A DNA stretch of 62,281 bases, counting the filler, from Basidiobolus ranarum (taxonomy: Eukaryota): NCBI GenBank assembly GCA_040143965.1. It is 16 parts of 16 records of this genome, joined end to end, with 100 filler letters (N's around TTAATTAATTAA, not from the genome) between each part and the next. Parts side by side here need not be neighbours in the genome. Positions count along the whole stretch, not along the records: positions 35,153 to 38,949 come from JASJQH010009157.1; positions 39,050 to 42,845 come from JASJQH010009158.1; positions 42,946 to 46,739 come from JASJQH010009159.1; positions 46,840 to 50,628 come from JASJQH010009160.1; 12 more parts are not named here. One strand, 5' to 3'. Positions 35,442 through 47,767 of the stretch are shown one piece after another. Made by a program: the position numbers and the translations under genes. The notes beneath the pieces are model-generated. The model saw only the letters and a program-made list of their open reading frames with translations, did no database searches and was not told the origin of the DNA. Positions within the stretch are counted from its first letter, which is position 1. Every line of letters begins with the position of its first letter.

Positions 35442-37257
35442 TTAGGGATTTTCTGTCTTGGTGGTTGGTTGGTTTGGCTTGCCAGATGGTGACTTTGACT
35501 TGTTTGCTTGGTTGGCTAAAGTTTTACAATTGCTGGTAGTATGGGAACCCTTCCCATGAAGTTGGCAGTACTTTGGACTTGAGGTGTTCCTAGTAGAATT
35601 GGTGTTTTGAGAGCTTGATTGATAAGGTTGGCAGTGAGCTGAGTTAATAGTACTACTTGTAGCAGCAAGCATGGTGATTGCTATGGAAGCAACTTCTGAA
35701 ACCTTATTGTATCTACATGTTGTTGAAGTTGGAGAGAAAGTGGGCATTGAGTGAAAGATCAGAGTCTTGCACTCTAGCTCCTAGCATAAGTCTTTGCAAC
35801 CTGTCACAGAAGTGTTGGACAGTTTGTCCCTTTTGAACACTAATTCCCAAAAGATCAAGGTGTAGGTGAGCTTTTTTTAGTGGATCATCAAAGTGCTTGC
35901 AAAAGTGGCCTTGGGCATCTTCCCAGGAACTGGTAGCTGCTATGTTATGTTCTACCCAGTCAGCATATTGAATTGCAAGGCAAAGTGGTAGTTGTCTTGC
36001 CCAGTTGGTGTCTGTGGCTAGTTGGCGAGCAACTAAGACATTGTTGAATTTGTCCAGCAACTCAGTGGGATCTTTGATGGCATTGTGTCCTTCTGCAAAG
36101 AGAGGCAGGGACTTAGGAACAATGGCTGTAATTGCTCTAGGGGTGCTGGTAGGATTAATTGCAGCAGATATGAGAGTAGTTCTTGATGGAGGTAGGGTGA
36201 AGGTTTGAGGATTCTCCATGTTGAGAATTGTTTTGGCAAGATCTGGGAGACTTTCCTTAAAAGCAGTGATTTCTTCCTTTTCTGAAGTAGTGACTTCCTG
36301 TAGGTCTTGTCTTTGTTCTTCATCAGCCCTTGATTGAAGAAGGGTGATGTAATCCAAAACATGTGCATCTTTCTCAGACATAAGTTGCCTAAGTTGTTGG
36401 GACAAGTTTTCATAGGCTGCTCCTGCATCATCAAGAATGTTGGGACTTACAGTACTGGTAGGTAAAGCCGCATTGAGTTGGTGGTTGAATATTATGGAAT
36501 TCAATGAAAAAAAATGTTGTGTCTGAGAGAATAGTGGATGAAAAGTCTTGAACTTTACTGAACCAAAGAAACAGTTAAGTGCAGAATCTTGGAGCTGTTT
36601 AAGCAAGATATATCAGCAGAGCAGATCTAAGTAATATATGTCTTGGGAATAGCAGTGGGTTGCTACAATACAGTAGAGAGTAGATTTGCTAGGCAGCTAG
36701 GCTTGGTGTTCTGTAGGTGCTAGTGGATACTAGGCTTGGATAGAAATGAGGCAGGAATATTGAATTTATTGAGAAACACTGAGAAGTGTTGAGATCCTAT
36801 ATTTGTTGAGACACACCCTAAACCAAAAGGTTCAGTTAGCTTTGTTTATACTTTTTGATAGCAAAGTGAATTAGTCAGTGCCAAGATATTAGATGACTAA
36901 TTCTAATACAAGAAAATGTGATTGGATAGATAGATAGATAGATAGATTAGTGAGTCATGCATGAGCTGAAGTCTTGGCAGTGCAAGATCATTGGTTATGA
37001 ATCTTATGACTCATATTGACTTGTGTCCAGACAGATGACTCAGAGGTTAATACTGATTGGATAATGATCATGTGATTGGTCATATGATCTGATAGAAGTG
37101 ATAAGAGAAGAGATAGTTAGTCATGTGATAAGTCATATGATATAGTCACTGGGTAAGGCCAGGTGACTAGTTAGTGATGATGATAAGCTAAACAGAGATT
37201 TATGCAAGTTGTACAGATACAGTGTAAGTTAAACAACTCTTATGTTGGTGCACAACA
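35442..37257 (-). mobile_element. Ty3/gypsy element 5' end: 743-bp LTR (36515-37257) and frameshifted gag with zinc knuckle
   Basis: LTR TGTTGTG...CACAACA followed by T8; gag-like LPLF...WARQLPLCL...SWEDAQGHFCKHFD...QKGQTVQHF; CQLHGKGSHTTSNC knuckle; the second copy at 49365 has an LTR of the same length; (GATA)n inside the LTR. Confidence 0.82.
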
Positions 37258-38231
37258 GGGATACCATTGTAGGAGAAGAATACAATGCAAAACTATCTGA
37301 AAGCAAAGTGTTACTGTTGAAGTTTATTGTCTTTATCATATTTGTCATCTCTATCTTTATATACCTAACTATTTCATATATCACATATAAGTTAGTCAAC
37401 ATTATTTAGTCAAATATCACTTGGCTGAAAATTGGAACATGTATTATATATATATGTGAAAAATCTGAGAATTAGTAACTGCATATTGGAAATTTCAAAC
37501 TTGTCCAAATTGCCCCAAAGATAGCTCATTTTACTCCCACAGATGTGCTGAACACAACCACAGTGTTAGTTTTCTCTATTTCCACCAAAATGTATAAATG
37601 CTTTATTTCTGGACAATAAACAATTATCTCACAAAGCTATTCACAACTCCAATTTTCTAAAGTTCCTCCAAACAGCCTATATTTTCCTAATAGTTGCTCC
37701 AGGTTAAAAACGAACAAAGAGCCTTAAACACAATTAGTCTTAAAGTCAAAGACAAATACTAATTCAACGTTCAAGAGCTAAAACTGCCAAGAAGGTATGG
37801 AAAGCCTTGAAAGACACCTACCAAACAAGTTCTGCTGCCAACAAGATGTTTCCAAGAAGATAAAACTTTAACTTTAATATGAAGCCAGGAGAAGACATTA
37901 AATCACTAATTAATAAAGTCCCTATTTTAGTGGATGAAACGGAATGCATTGGAGTACTGACTACTGATAAAGATATCATAGCTACAGTCCTGAATAGCCT
38001 GCCACATGAGTTTCAGAGTCTAGTAATAGCTCTAGAATCAAGAACTGAAAATATGACCTTAAATCATGTATTTGGCAGACTTCTGGATGAAGATTTATGA
38101 AAATTAGGATCCAACCAAAAGAATCAAGAATATGATTTAATAGGCTATGGGAAACCTTCCTATAAAGAGCAAATGCACTTTAAGAAGAAAAGTAACACAT
38201 TTTATGATTACTGTAAAAGAACTGGCAAATT
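37258..38231 (+). mobile_element. Degenerate copia family A gag hosting three later insertions
   Basis: DTIVGEEYNAKLSE, VLNSLPHEFQSLVIALESR; matches 52730-53450. Confidence 0.88.
37315..37692 (+). mobile_element. Solo LTR, copia family C, 5-bp TSD GTTAC/GTTGC
   Basis: Removing the LTR and one TSD rejoins a gag sequence matching 8059-8100. Confidence 0.9.
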
Positions 38232-38949
38232 TGTTGGAGGATCTTGACAGAAGGGGGGTAGACTTTGTATATTAGAAGCAACTTATGATAGTGTGTTTTA
38301 GTTACTTTATTCTTGAGAGTATATGGTGGCTTTTATAGTAGAAAAGTAAATCAATTGTTAGAGATATTCAGGAGTTTATGTAAAAAGATATAACAGATAC
38401 AAGGGGGGAATAGGACATACTTGTTACCTAGATATAGAGATATTCCTATTTAAAATACAGATACTATAGATATGTTGCTTTCTTTTTGTGCAATACATAT
38501 CATAACTAAAGTTAACTAAGTTATTGAATAGAGATTAATTATCCAACACATTCCCTTAATTCTTATATAGCATTGTGCCTATATTTACTAATGCCTGTGC
38601 CTGCTCTTAACTTCTCAAAGCTTAAAATTTTAAGTGGTTTTGTTAGTATATCTGCAAGCATGTTTTCAGTATTACAATACATAAAGTTCACTTCTGTGTC
38701 TTGAACTTTCTCTTGAATAAAGCAAAGTCTTATTTGAATATATTTGATTGTTGAGTGATGCTTAGGATCATAGGTTGCATGAATACAACTAATATTGTCA
38801 TAATATATTGGGGTAGGATTAACTTGATCATATCCCAGTTCTTTGAGAAGACTCCTTAGCCAAAAAGCTTTTTGAATGGCCATAGAGCTTGCCATATATT
38901 CTGCTTCTGTAGTTGATAATGCAACAGTTTGTTGTTTCTTACTAATCCA
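38232..38949 (-). mobile_element. Copia family D RNase H, PPT and 317-bp 3' LTR (38232-38548)
   Basis: SKKQQTVALSTTEAEYMA, YDNISCI, MLADILTKPL; LTR has TGTTGGA...TCCAACA termini. Confidence 0.92.
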
Positions 38950-40062
38950 NNNNNNNNNNNNNNNNNNNNNNNNNNNNNNNNNNNNNNNNNNNNTTAATTA
39001 ATTAANNNNNNNNNNNNNNNNNNNNNNNNNNNNNNNNNNNNNNNNNNNNGCACCCTTCTGACAAAACCTATGTTGAGGAATATATCAGTAGCCAAAGTAG
39101 ATGTAAATCAACTACAGCCACCACATGCAGATACAATATTTCTAAGAGTAACTGGAATTGCTCAAGCAGTGTGAGACTTTATGATCAGATCAAGGAAGTA
39201 GTTGGGCTCATGAAAACTCCCAGATCTAGGGGACATTTTGCATTGCAGAAACTTAAAACCCCTTTAATGGTGCTAGAAGGACTTATTCTCAAGCTTGTAA
39301 GTTGGTCTCTTCTGGAAAGTAGAAGCACTGTTAATATATATATATATTGATTTAAATTTAGCAATGATCCATCATATTTGAAGAGATTCCTGGCACTTTG
39401 AGTGAGTTGGGGATCAGAGCAGTAAGTTTGCAAGGATGTCATTTGATTAGCAACCTTAAGCTATCACTTTGCCAATTCTTCAGTTAGTTGCTTAATCAGA
39501 TTAGTTAAAATACATTAGGTATTTTTAGAGTATTCTAGTTTGAACTAGGGCACAAAGTAAGGTACTTCACAAATGTTACTTGCCAAGGGGTGACTTGTTT
39601 TATTGTTCAGGATATTTTGTAAGAAAAGCAAGCTGTGTGACTGCCATTAGTTAGAATCTTTGTAAGTTCAGAGTTGAACATATGCAAATAGCTTGGGTAA
39701 ACTCAGCCTCAAATGCTTCCCATCTCCAATGTTTGTAGGTACTGTAACTTTCATCATTGGTTAGTAATCAGTGGCACTTTAACAACTCTGCCATAAATGC
39801 TCTGCACACCCTTTCTTTCTTGGCACCATACTCTTTGTCACTTAATGGAGATTTTTCACACTATATAAACTCTTTTTTAAGTATTTTCATATTCATTGTT
39901 TGTTACCAACCAACTCTTCATCATCATTCAGTTTTCTTTAAAACTTAGTAAACTTCACTTTAAGTGTTTCTGTAGCCACTTGTTTACTGCCACCACACCC
40001 TTTGTCATTTGTCAGTGGTCTTTTGTTCCTCATAGACTGTTCTTTAAATGTATCCTATACCT

Positions 40063-40440
40063 TGTTAAAGTTTATTGTCTTTATCATATTTGTTATCTCT
40101 ATCTTTGTACACCTAACTACTTCATATACCATATACAAGTTAGTTAAGTTTATTTAGTAAAATTTCACTTAACTGCAAATCAGATCATGTATTATATATA
40201 TTTGTGAATAATGTGAGAGCTAGCAATTCCATATTGGAAATTTCAAACTTGACCAAATCACCCCAAAGATAGCTCATTTTACTCCCACAAATGTTCTAAA
40301 CACAACCCCTGTGTTTGTTTTCTGTATTTCCACCAAAATGTATATATGATCCATTTCTGGTCAATAAATAGTTATTTCACAAAGCTGTTCACAACTCTAC
40401 TTATTTAAAGTTCCTACAAACAGCCCATATTTTCCTAATA
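40063..40440 (+). mobile_element. Solo LTR, copia family C, perfect TSD TACCT
   Basis: TACCT at 40058-40062 and 40441-40445; the array phase resumes after the insert. Confidence 0.92.
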
Positions 40441-40840
40441 TACCTCTTGTTGTGCATCACCATACCATTCATACATTCTCAGTATATATTACTATTATGT
40501 AAGCATTGGTTTAAATGTTTTTCATACTGGTGGTTTTTTGGCATTATATGCTTTATCATTTGTCTGTAGTATTTAGCTCTTTGTAGGCTCTCCTTTTAGT
40601 CTTAAACATACCTGCTGTTTCTTGGCACCATCATTATTTAATCACAAGCATAATATCCCAATAAAGATCATTATGCTAGTATTAATATTAATTTCAGACA
40701 ATTGCTTTGAGTCATGTTGTGAGTAAAAGTTTTGTCAGCAAAAGACCTTTTATGCATTCCCATTTTTGTTTTGCATTTAATACAAATTTTTAAAAAGATC
40801 TGTTGTTATATAGTATAGTTTATTAATTCAACTATATTTA

Positions 40841-40920
40841 TTATTACACCAGAAAATATATACAATTTTCCACTTTTTGTACCATTTGTTATTATTTTAT
40901 ATTATTTTTTGGTGTAATAA
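40841..40920. repeat. 80-bp inverted repeat / candidate mini-MITE
   Basis: TTATTACACCAGAAAATA ... TATTTTTTGGTGTAATAA, 17/18 complementary. Confidence 0.55.
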
Positions 40921-42945
40921 TTGTAATCATGGTTGTTAATATAGAAGATGATGTTGTTGGTCTATATGTAGATGTTGCTTCATGAGTTGGTCTAGGTTCT
41001 TTTACAGCATTTGTAAGAATCAAATTTCCAATTGTGTCATCTGTGCTATCATCTTGTTAACATTTAGTTAGTATGACAAACTATTCTGAAAGTTTGCAAA
41101 AATAGGGATTGTTACATTAATTAGTCAGCAGGCTTTAGCACTTTATAGCCTTTCTTTAAATGTTTCTTATACTTGTCATTTCATTGCACCATTCCATTTG
41201 CTATTTGTCAATAGGTTTTTGCACTTTATAAACTCAACCTTAAATGTCTTCCATACTCATTGACTCCTGGCACCATATGCTTTCTTGGTAGACTATCCCT
41301 TTAGTGTTTCCCATCACCATATTCTTCATCATTTATTAATAGTCCTTGCAACTTAATAAACTAACTGTACTTTAAGTAGGCTCTAATTGCTATATCTTGA
41401 TACTATACTCTCCATCACTTGTCAGTTGTATTTAGCACTAGATAAAATGTACTTTAAGAGTTTTCCATGCCAGTCACAACTTGGCACCATACCCTTTATG
41501 GTTTTCAGCAGTCTTTAGCACTTCTTTACTACTTTCTATGCTTTCCTCTAAGTGTTTCCCATACCCATTGTTCTTGGCACCATACTTTTCATTGTTTGTC
41601 AATGGTCTTTAACTCTCTGTACACTCTCCTTTTAGTGTTTCCCATACTGCTTGTTTCTTGGCTCATACCCTTTGTCATTTGCCAGTAGTCTTTAGCACTT
41701 TGCAGACCCTCTTTTAACATCTCTTATGCCAGAAATTTCTTGACACCATATGCTTTGTGATTTGTCATTAGTCTTTAGAGCTGCTTGAACTCTTCTTTAA
41801 GTGATTTCCATACCTGCTGTTTACTATAACCATACTCTTTGTCATTTGTCAGCAGTCTTTAGCATATTATAGACTCACTGGAAAGTGATTTCAATACCAT
41901 TCTTTTCTTGACACCTTACCCTTTGTCCTTGATGAGTTTCTCATAGTCTTTGAATACTTCATGGATTCTCATTCAAGTGTTTCCCATACCCAGCATTTCT
42001 TGGCATCATATCCTTCATAATTTCACAGTAGCCTGTTGCACTCTGTAGGCTCTCTTTAAAATGTTTCCCATATTGCTCATCTCTTGGATTCATACCCTAT
42101 GATATTCTTCAGTAGTGTCAAGCCCTGTGCAAGCTCTCTTTTAACTGTTTCTCATAATGTTCATTTATTATTACCACAACCTTTGTCACTCATCAGTAAT
42201 CTTGAGCACTTTGTTGACTCTCTTGTGAGTTTTTTGCACACCTGCCATTTTTTGGCACCATAAGTCAATAATATCTGGATCAAGTCTTGGCTATACCTAA
42301 AAGTATTGCTTGTCTTATAGCATGTTGCTGGAAAGCCAAAGAATTTTTGTTTGGTATCTTCTGCATCAATAGCTTAGCAGTTGTGGCAATCGCACTACAA
42401 ATTACACCCTGTTGGTCATCTAACCCTTGAACTCAATTACATATTTGGGTTGTTGCATTTCAATATCTGCATTCTTTGATAACACCTGGACAAACTTTTG
42501 GTTATCATGCATATCCTTCCCACCATATTTGCTCAGGGGCTAATGCAAACATATCAGTCAATAGGACTGCCATTGCTATATTCTGGAGTTAAGACATGTT
42601 GACTACAGAGGTTAGAATATGGTATATTTGAATATGGTGGGAATGGCATGATCAAGTATAGAAAATGTAGAGCTAATAAAGTTTTGTAAGTATTATTTAC
42701 TTTAAAACCCAAGTTGATAAGAAAGATTTGTGGTTAAAGAATTAAATTTACAATAACAACCATGTCATAAAGGCAAGAAACAGACCTAAGTAGATGCAGG
42801 CTTTGTTGTATCCATCATTTTTTGGCACCATACTCTTAGTCATTTNNNNNNNNNNNNNNNNNNNNNNNNNNNNNNNNNNNNNNNNNNNNTTAATTAATTA
42901 ANNNNNNNNNNNNNNNNNNNNNNNNNNNNNNNNNNNNNNNNNNNN

Positions 42946-45900
42946 CTGCTAACCATCTGGAATATATTCATGTTACAGAGAAACACAGATAAGCATCACC
43001 TATTCAGTCTTTCAATAATCAATACACTTGAGGTTATTGTTGACATCAAACTGGGTAAAGTGTACGACTACCATGGAATAACTGCACCATGGGTTCAAAT
43101 TAAATGTCTAAGGATCTTGGGATGTATTGGAGCTAATGACCCAGAGCAAGTATTCCCCTCTATTTACTAGCAGTAACTCATTGTTCTAACTATCAATTCT
43201 TATCATCAGCCTCAATGAACGTATTCTTGACATCATTATTAAAACGTTACGAAAAGCGGCCAAGGGGGTCGATGCAGCTTACGGTACCTATGTAAAGAGA
43301 AACATTCACCTCAGGCCGTAAACTAACATTATCTAATAGCGATAATTCTCGAAGCTTTCAAGTCGCTAACTAAACTCCAGCTAGAGATACCTTCCAAATA
43401 TCGCACATTCTTTCATAGCATTATCGACCGATTTGCTGAATCATCGAACAATAATCTCAAATACAATGGACTGCTTCTTCTGATGAATATGTTTCTGTTC
43501 TACCATGACGGTATTACCGAATACCATGAATTTATATTCGATTGTCTCGAATCTGCTGATGATACGCTTAAACAAACGGTACTTGTCTAAAAGCATCTCT
43601 CGTTCACCCTTCATAGCTAACGATCAATATCAAATCAGGCCATCGATCTCTTATACAAAAGCAGCAATCATGGAAATATTGAGCGAATTACTATCGAGAT
43701 ATTGAAGCATCTTTGCTCAAGTACTGACTCCTTTAGACAGAGACGACTGACTGAGTGGATTCTAGAGATAGGTGAAAAATATCCTTGATTATTAGGCGAT
43801 TTCTATACACTAGTTGGCTGTTCACAAAGCGTCCTTAACTTGTCTCTTAGGCATGGCATAGATAAATTCTGGTATATCGATACATTGGTAGCGGTCCTCC
43901 AATTCAATGCTGAGATGGAGCAAGCCTTATCCGAGATGGTGATTCAACTGTTTGCAAAACGTAACATACCTTTTTAGGAGAAATTTAGAGATAAGTACTA
44001 ACTAGGATACTTGCTTATGTTAGACCAATCAAGCTTAGAAAATCCTTTCATCTCAAAACTACTTGAGCAGCTTACCAACGTTACCAATCAAGATGTAGTT
44101 TTGTCTTCTAGCTTAACCAGAGTGATTGCGTGGGTATGCACTTTCTCGCAAGTAGATATTTTATTCCTAAAGCAACTCACATCTCGTAAACTAAATCATA
44201 GGCTTTTGGAGAATGGTTTATGTTGGCTTCTAATCAAGAGCTGATCATACAGCAGCTTTTCCAGCAGTTAAGAAGATCCTCAGGTATATTTCTGCATATT
44301 TTTGTATGAGAAAACTTCAGCAGAGCATTGAGCATTATTAGTAGATCCCGTCACCCAGATTTGTATTCATAACGCACTTACCAAGATCCTAAGTCAAACG
44401 GAAGTCGTACCTGAGCGGTTTACCGCAGAACTTGAGGAGTCTAAATCGGACGAAAAAGCGCATTACAAATGGGTCAGTGTATTTCATGTTCGATTTAAAG
44501 TCCATTGGCTGTATATTTACTCTACTCTTTTATCAGATCTGTCGCGAATTAGAGCTTTTATGTATCGACCCGAAGCTACTACACCATGCTCTATGTTCAG
44601 ATGATGGTAAGATAAGCATCAAGCCACTTCAGGTGTGTATTAATTCTCATTGTTGATGAGAACGGTCTACCAAAAAACTGACATATTTCATTAGGTCGAT
44701 GAGCATATGTCTTTCCTCGACGAATTCGTGGCAGAGGCAATTACTAAAGGGGCACTATCTTATGATCCCACAAAGAGTAGCTCTTGGTTAAAAAGACCAG
44801 GTATGCAATCAATATTAACTCAGCATGCCATTTGATTCCTTTTTGATATATCATAAACCTTAGACGCAAAAAATAGCTCAATTAAATACCGGGCTTATGA
44901 AAGCCCCGAATTTGCTGACTTGAGAAGTCGTGATTTCGAATATGGAATCAACTCCCCGAGCCTGAATACCATGTCCATACCCTCACTCCATGATGGCTAC
45001 GAGAGCGCAAGAGTATCAGAAGATATGCCAGAGCCTAGGTAACAGAATAGTGATACACCTTAAGTGTATCTATCTAACGATATCTTCTTAGTATTTTACC
45101 TACTATCCGTTCTTATTTACCTACTGGAGTGTCGCAGTTTCTACGAAAAGATTATTTCTCATTACCCAAGTAAGGAGGATATCTTCAGATTCGGTACATT
45201 TCGATGTATATTCATATCCAACTTCTAGTCGTTCATCGTCCATGATTGCATCGGCGACATCTCCTCGAAGAGGTCACCCAAGGTATTTAATATGACAATA
45301 TCTCTGAATCCCGACATTTGCTTTCAAACTCAATCAATTTCATTCTTAGCAATGGCTATGCAGAAGCGAATACAGGCTACTCTTTGTCCAATGTAAACTC
45401 TCTTGTTAAACGTATCTCAAGAACTGTTCACTGATTAAACCTTATGGAATTATCTTAGGCACAACGCAAAAATGTAGGCTCAGACCGGCATATGACATCC
45501 TTATCACTCAAGAATTTGTCAGCTAAATATTTTATCTAGTCGCTGCAGCATAGCGGCCACTTAAGCAATACCGACCTTGAGAACATGTCTCAATCAATGT
45601 GTAAGACTCGCTAGTCTTCCGTAGTAAAACTCATCAGCCAGCGCACTGATTTAAACCATGTAATATCTACAGATACATTTTCTCGATCAAGGCACCCAAC
45701 CCGAGAACGGAACCAAGATCTTAGAGCTAGCTTGCCCAATGTATTGGAAACAAAGGTACGATTGCATCAGCTGTTTGGAAATGTATCACTAGAGTCTCAA
45801 CAGTATCCTACCGATAGGGAGGCACAATCATTCGACATGATCTGGCAAGCAGCAGTAAGTACAGTATCACCCCACCTAGCAAGAAAAGAAATTGATACAA

Positions 45901-46739
45901 CATCTTATATTCACTTAATAGTCGGCAATATCACAGAAGTATACGAAACCATGATTTAACCGCTGCTCAATCAACGTATTTATCTTGTCTACTTTAACAG
46001 AACTCTATCATTCAGGAACAAACTGGACCTGACTATCACATGTATCAAAATGAAAACTTAAGAGCCCATTTACGGAAGATACATCAGGTACGTCACTAAA
46101 ATCTTCATTTTGTCGAGTAGATACGAAAAACACTTGCCAACTAATTACCTCAAATTGATTTAGTCAGATTCAGTCGTTATTGAGATAGTATTAAGAAACA
46201 TTTCTGAGGTGGAGATCGTCAAGTTTGTCCTTGCGACCGAACATGAAACAGAACAACTATCTGTAATTACACCCTATAATGAGCAATCTGGCCCTCTGAC
46301 AATATTTTAACATCAGGCTTCAATGTGACAGAATCAGTGGGAAATAAGATCGGACTCTGGTGCACCAGAAATCGCCTATGGATCTCAGGTGATGATCCCT
46401 CAAATCAAAGCCCTCGATACGGTATATCCATCTTAGAATATTATACTTTCAATAGCCTAATTGTTAGAAATATGTTCAAGGTCGTACTCTACTTGAGCGT
46501 GTCCATATCGTCGGACATAGATTATACACCAATACCTATTGAGTTTATCGCCACTTATTCGGAGCAGACAGGGGAACCACACGTGTTTCAAATTGATTAT
46601 GAGCTTTTAATTACAGACTTTCTACGTCCATGGAAAATCACGCTTAAGGAATTTGAATCGCAATGGACAGAGCTCCATTCTGAGACCAAAAAGCACTTGC
46701 CATTCGATAAGACGAGCACATACAAAGAGATAGCCCATA
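42946..46739 (+). CDS. AP4E1: AP-4 complex subunit epsilon, multi-exon, truncated at both contig edges
   Basis: YDYHGITAPWVQIKCLRILG, NNNLKYNGL, IFDCLESADDTLK, epsilon-type VDEHMSFLDEFVAEAITKGALSYDP near 44695-44770, and appendage motif ITDFLRPWKITLKEFESQW; many short introns. Confidence 0.88.
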
Positions 46740-47767
46740 NNNNNNNNNNNNNNNNNNNNNNNNNNNNNNNNNNNNNNNNNNNNTTAATTAATTAANNNNN
46801 NNNNNNNNNNNNNNNNNNNNNNNNNNNNNNNNNNNNNNNATGGAAGTTTTGTAACAAACTGCATCTACAAAGTTAATCATAGTTTAATCTGAAAAAATAT
46901 ATTAGACATATATATTAAAGTGGCTCAATGTGAAATGCATTATGCTTGATCATACTATAGGAAACTAAGTTTGACATACTAAACAATAATGTATGTGGAT
47001 CCCTGAATCTGATTGAAACAAATAAAGTCTAACATCATAGTTTTATATGATGGTTATATATCATATCAAAACAGATTCTTCCTAACTCACAACCTACTTT
47101 GGTACAGGAAACCACCACTTGCAAAATTTTACATGCAGAGTCAAATGAAGATGTAGGTGGCACAAAGCAGCATGTGCCTAATTATTTTACAGACACCCAG
47201 GTGTCCATTTTGAATTCTTGCTTGGATATATGGGAAGTATTGATAAACATGACAGACGCAAGGGAATGGGGCAACAGACACAAGTTGAAACAACTCAAAC
47301 CAAAGTGGAAGCAACTTTTGACTTGGCTTTGGAGAGAATACTTTATATTTGTTCCATTTAGAAGTTTGCAAGAAAATATACAATAAAACTCATGAGGAGA
47401 GAAGCATGAATTGAGATATAAGAATTTTGCTTTGAGTCTGCAAAGTCACAATACCAATTGTGTTTTTGCCTGTATGGACTAGAAGTATTCAGTGGAGCCT
47501 CAACTTTGGAGACCAAAGATGTTCTAATTACTACTCAACTGTACTTGCCAGCAACTGATGATTGAAGTTGCACAAGTTCAAAACAGCATTTCAGGAAGCT
47601 ATGGTAAGAGTAATCAATGGGGGTGTAAAGAAAAAAACAAGACAATATATTGAATCAGAATATATTCGCAAAGGCAAACTGGAGGAGTCCAGACCATTGC
47701 ACAGACATACTAGAACACTCCAAATCAAAGGGACTCCTGACAAAGTATCTAATTTACAAGATAAACT

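Larger units (their letters stand above)
39700..42845. repeat. Degenerate 84-bp tandem array (~22 units), interrupted three times
   Basis: Anchor TTGGCACCAT or variants at 39820, 39904, 39987, 40454, 40538, 40622, 41183, 41267, 41397, 41481, 41574, 41658, 41740, 41824, 41908, 42000, 42084, 42168, 42252 and 42822; modal spacing 84. Confidence 0.88.

Noticed and set aside
36926..36947. (GATA)n microsatellite as an independent feature
   Set aside because: It is part of the gypsy LTR and also present in the second copy near 49676-49699.
39700..42845. 84-bp array as a CRISPR array or C2H2 zinc-finger/LRR array
   Set aside because: Units are similar along their whole length with no unique spacers, no cas genes, eukaryotic context; no CxxC...HxxxH or LxxLxL pattern in the frames I translated.
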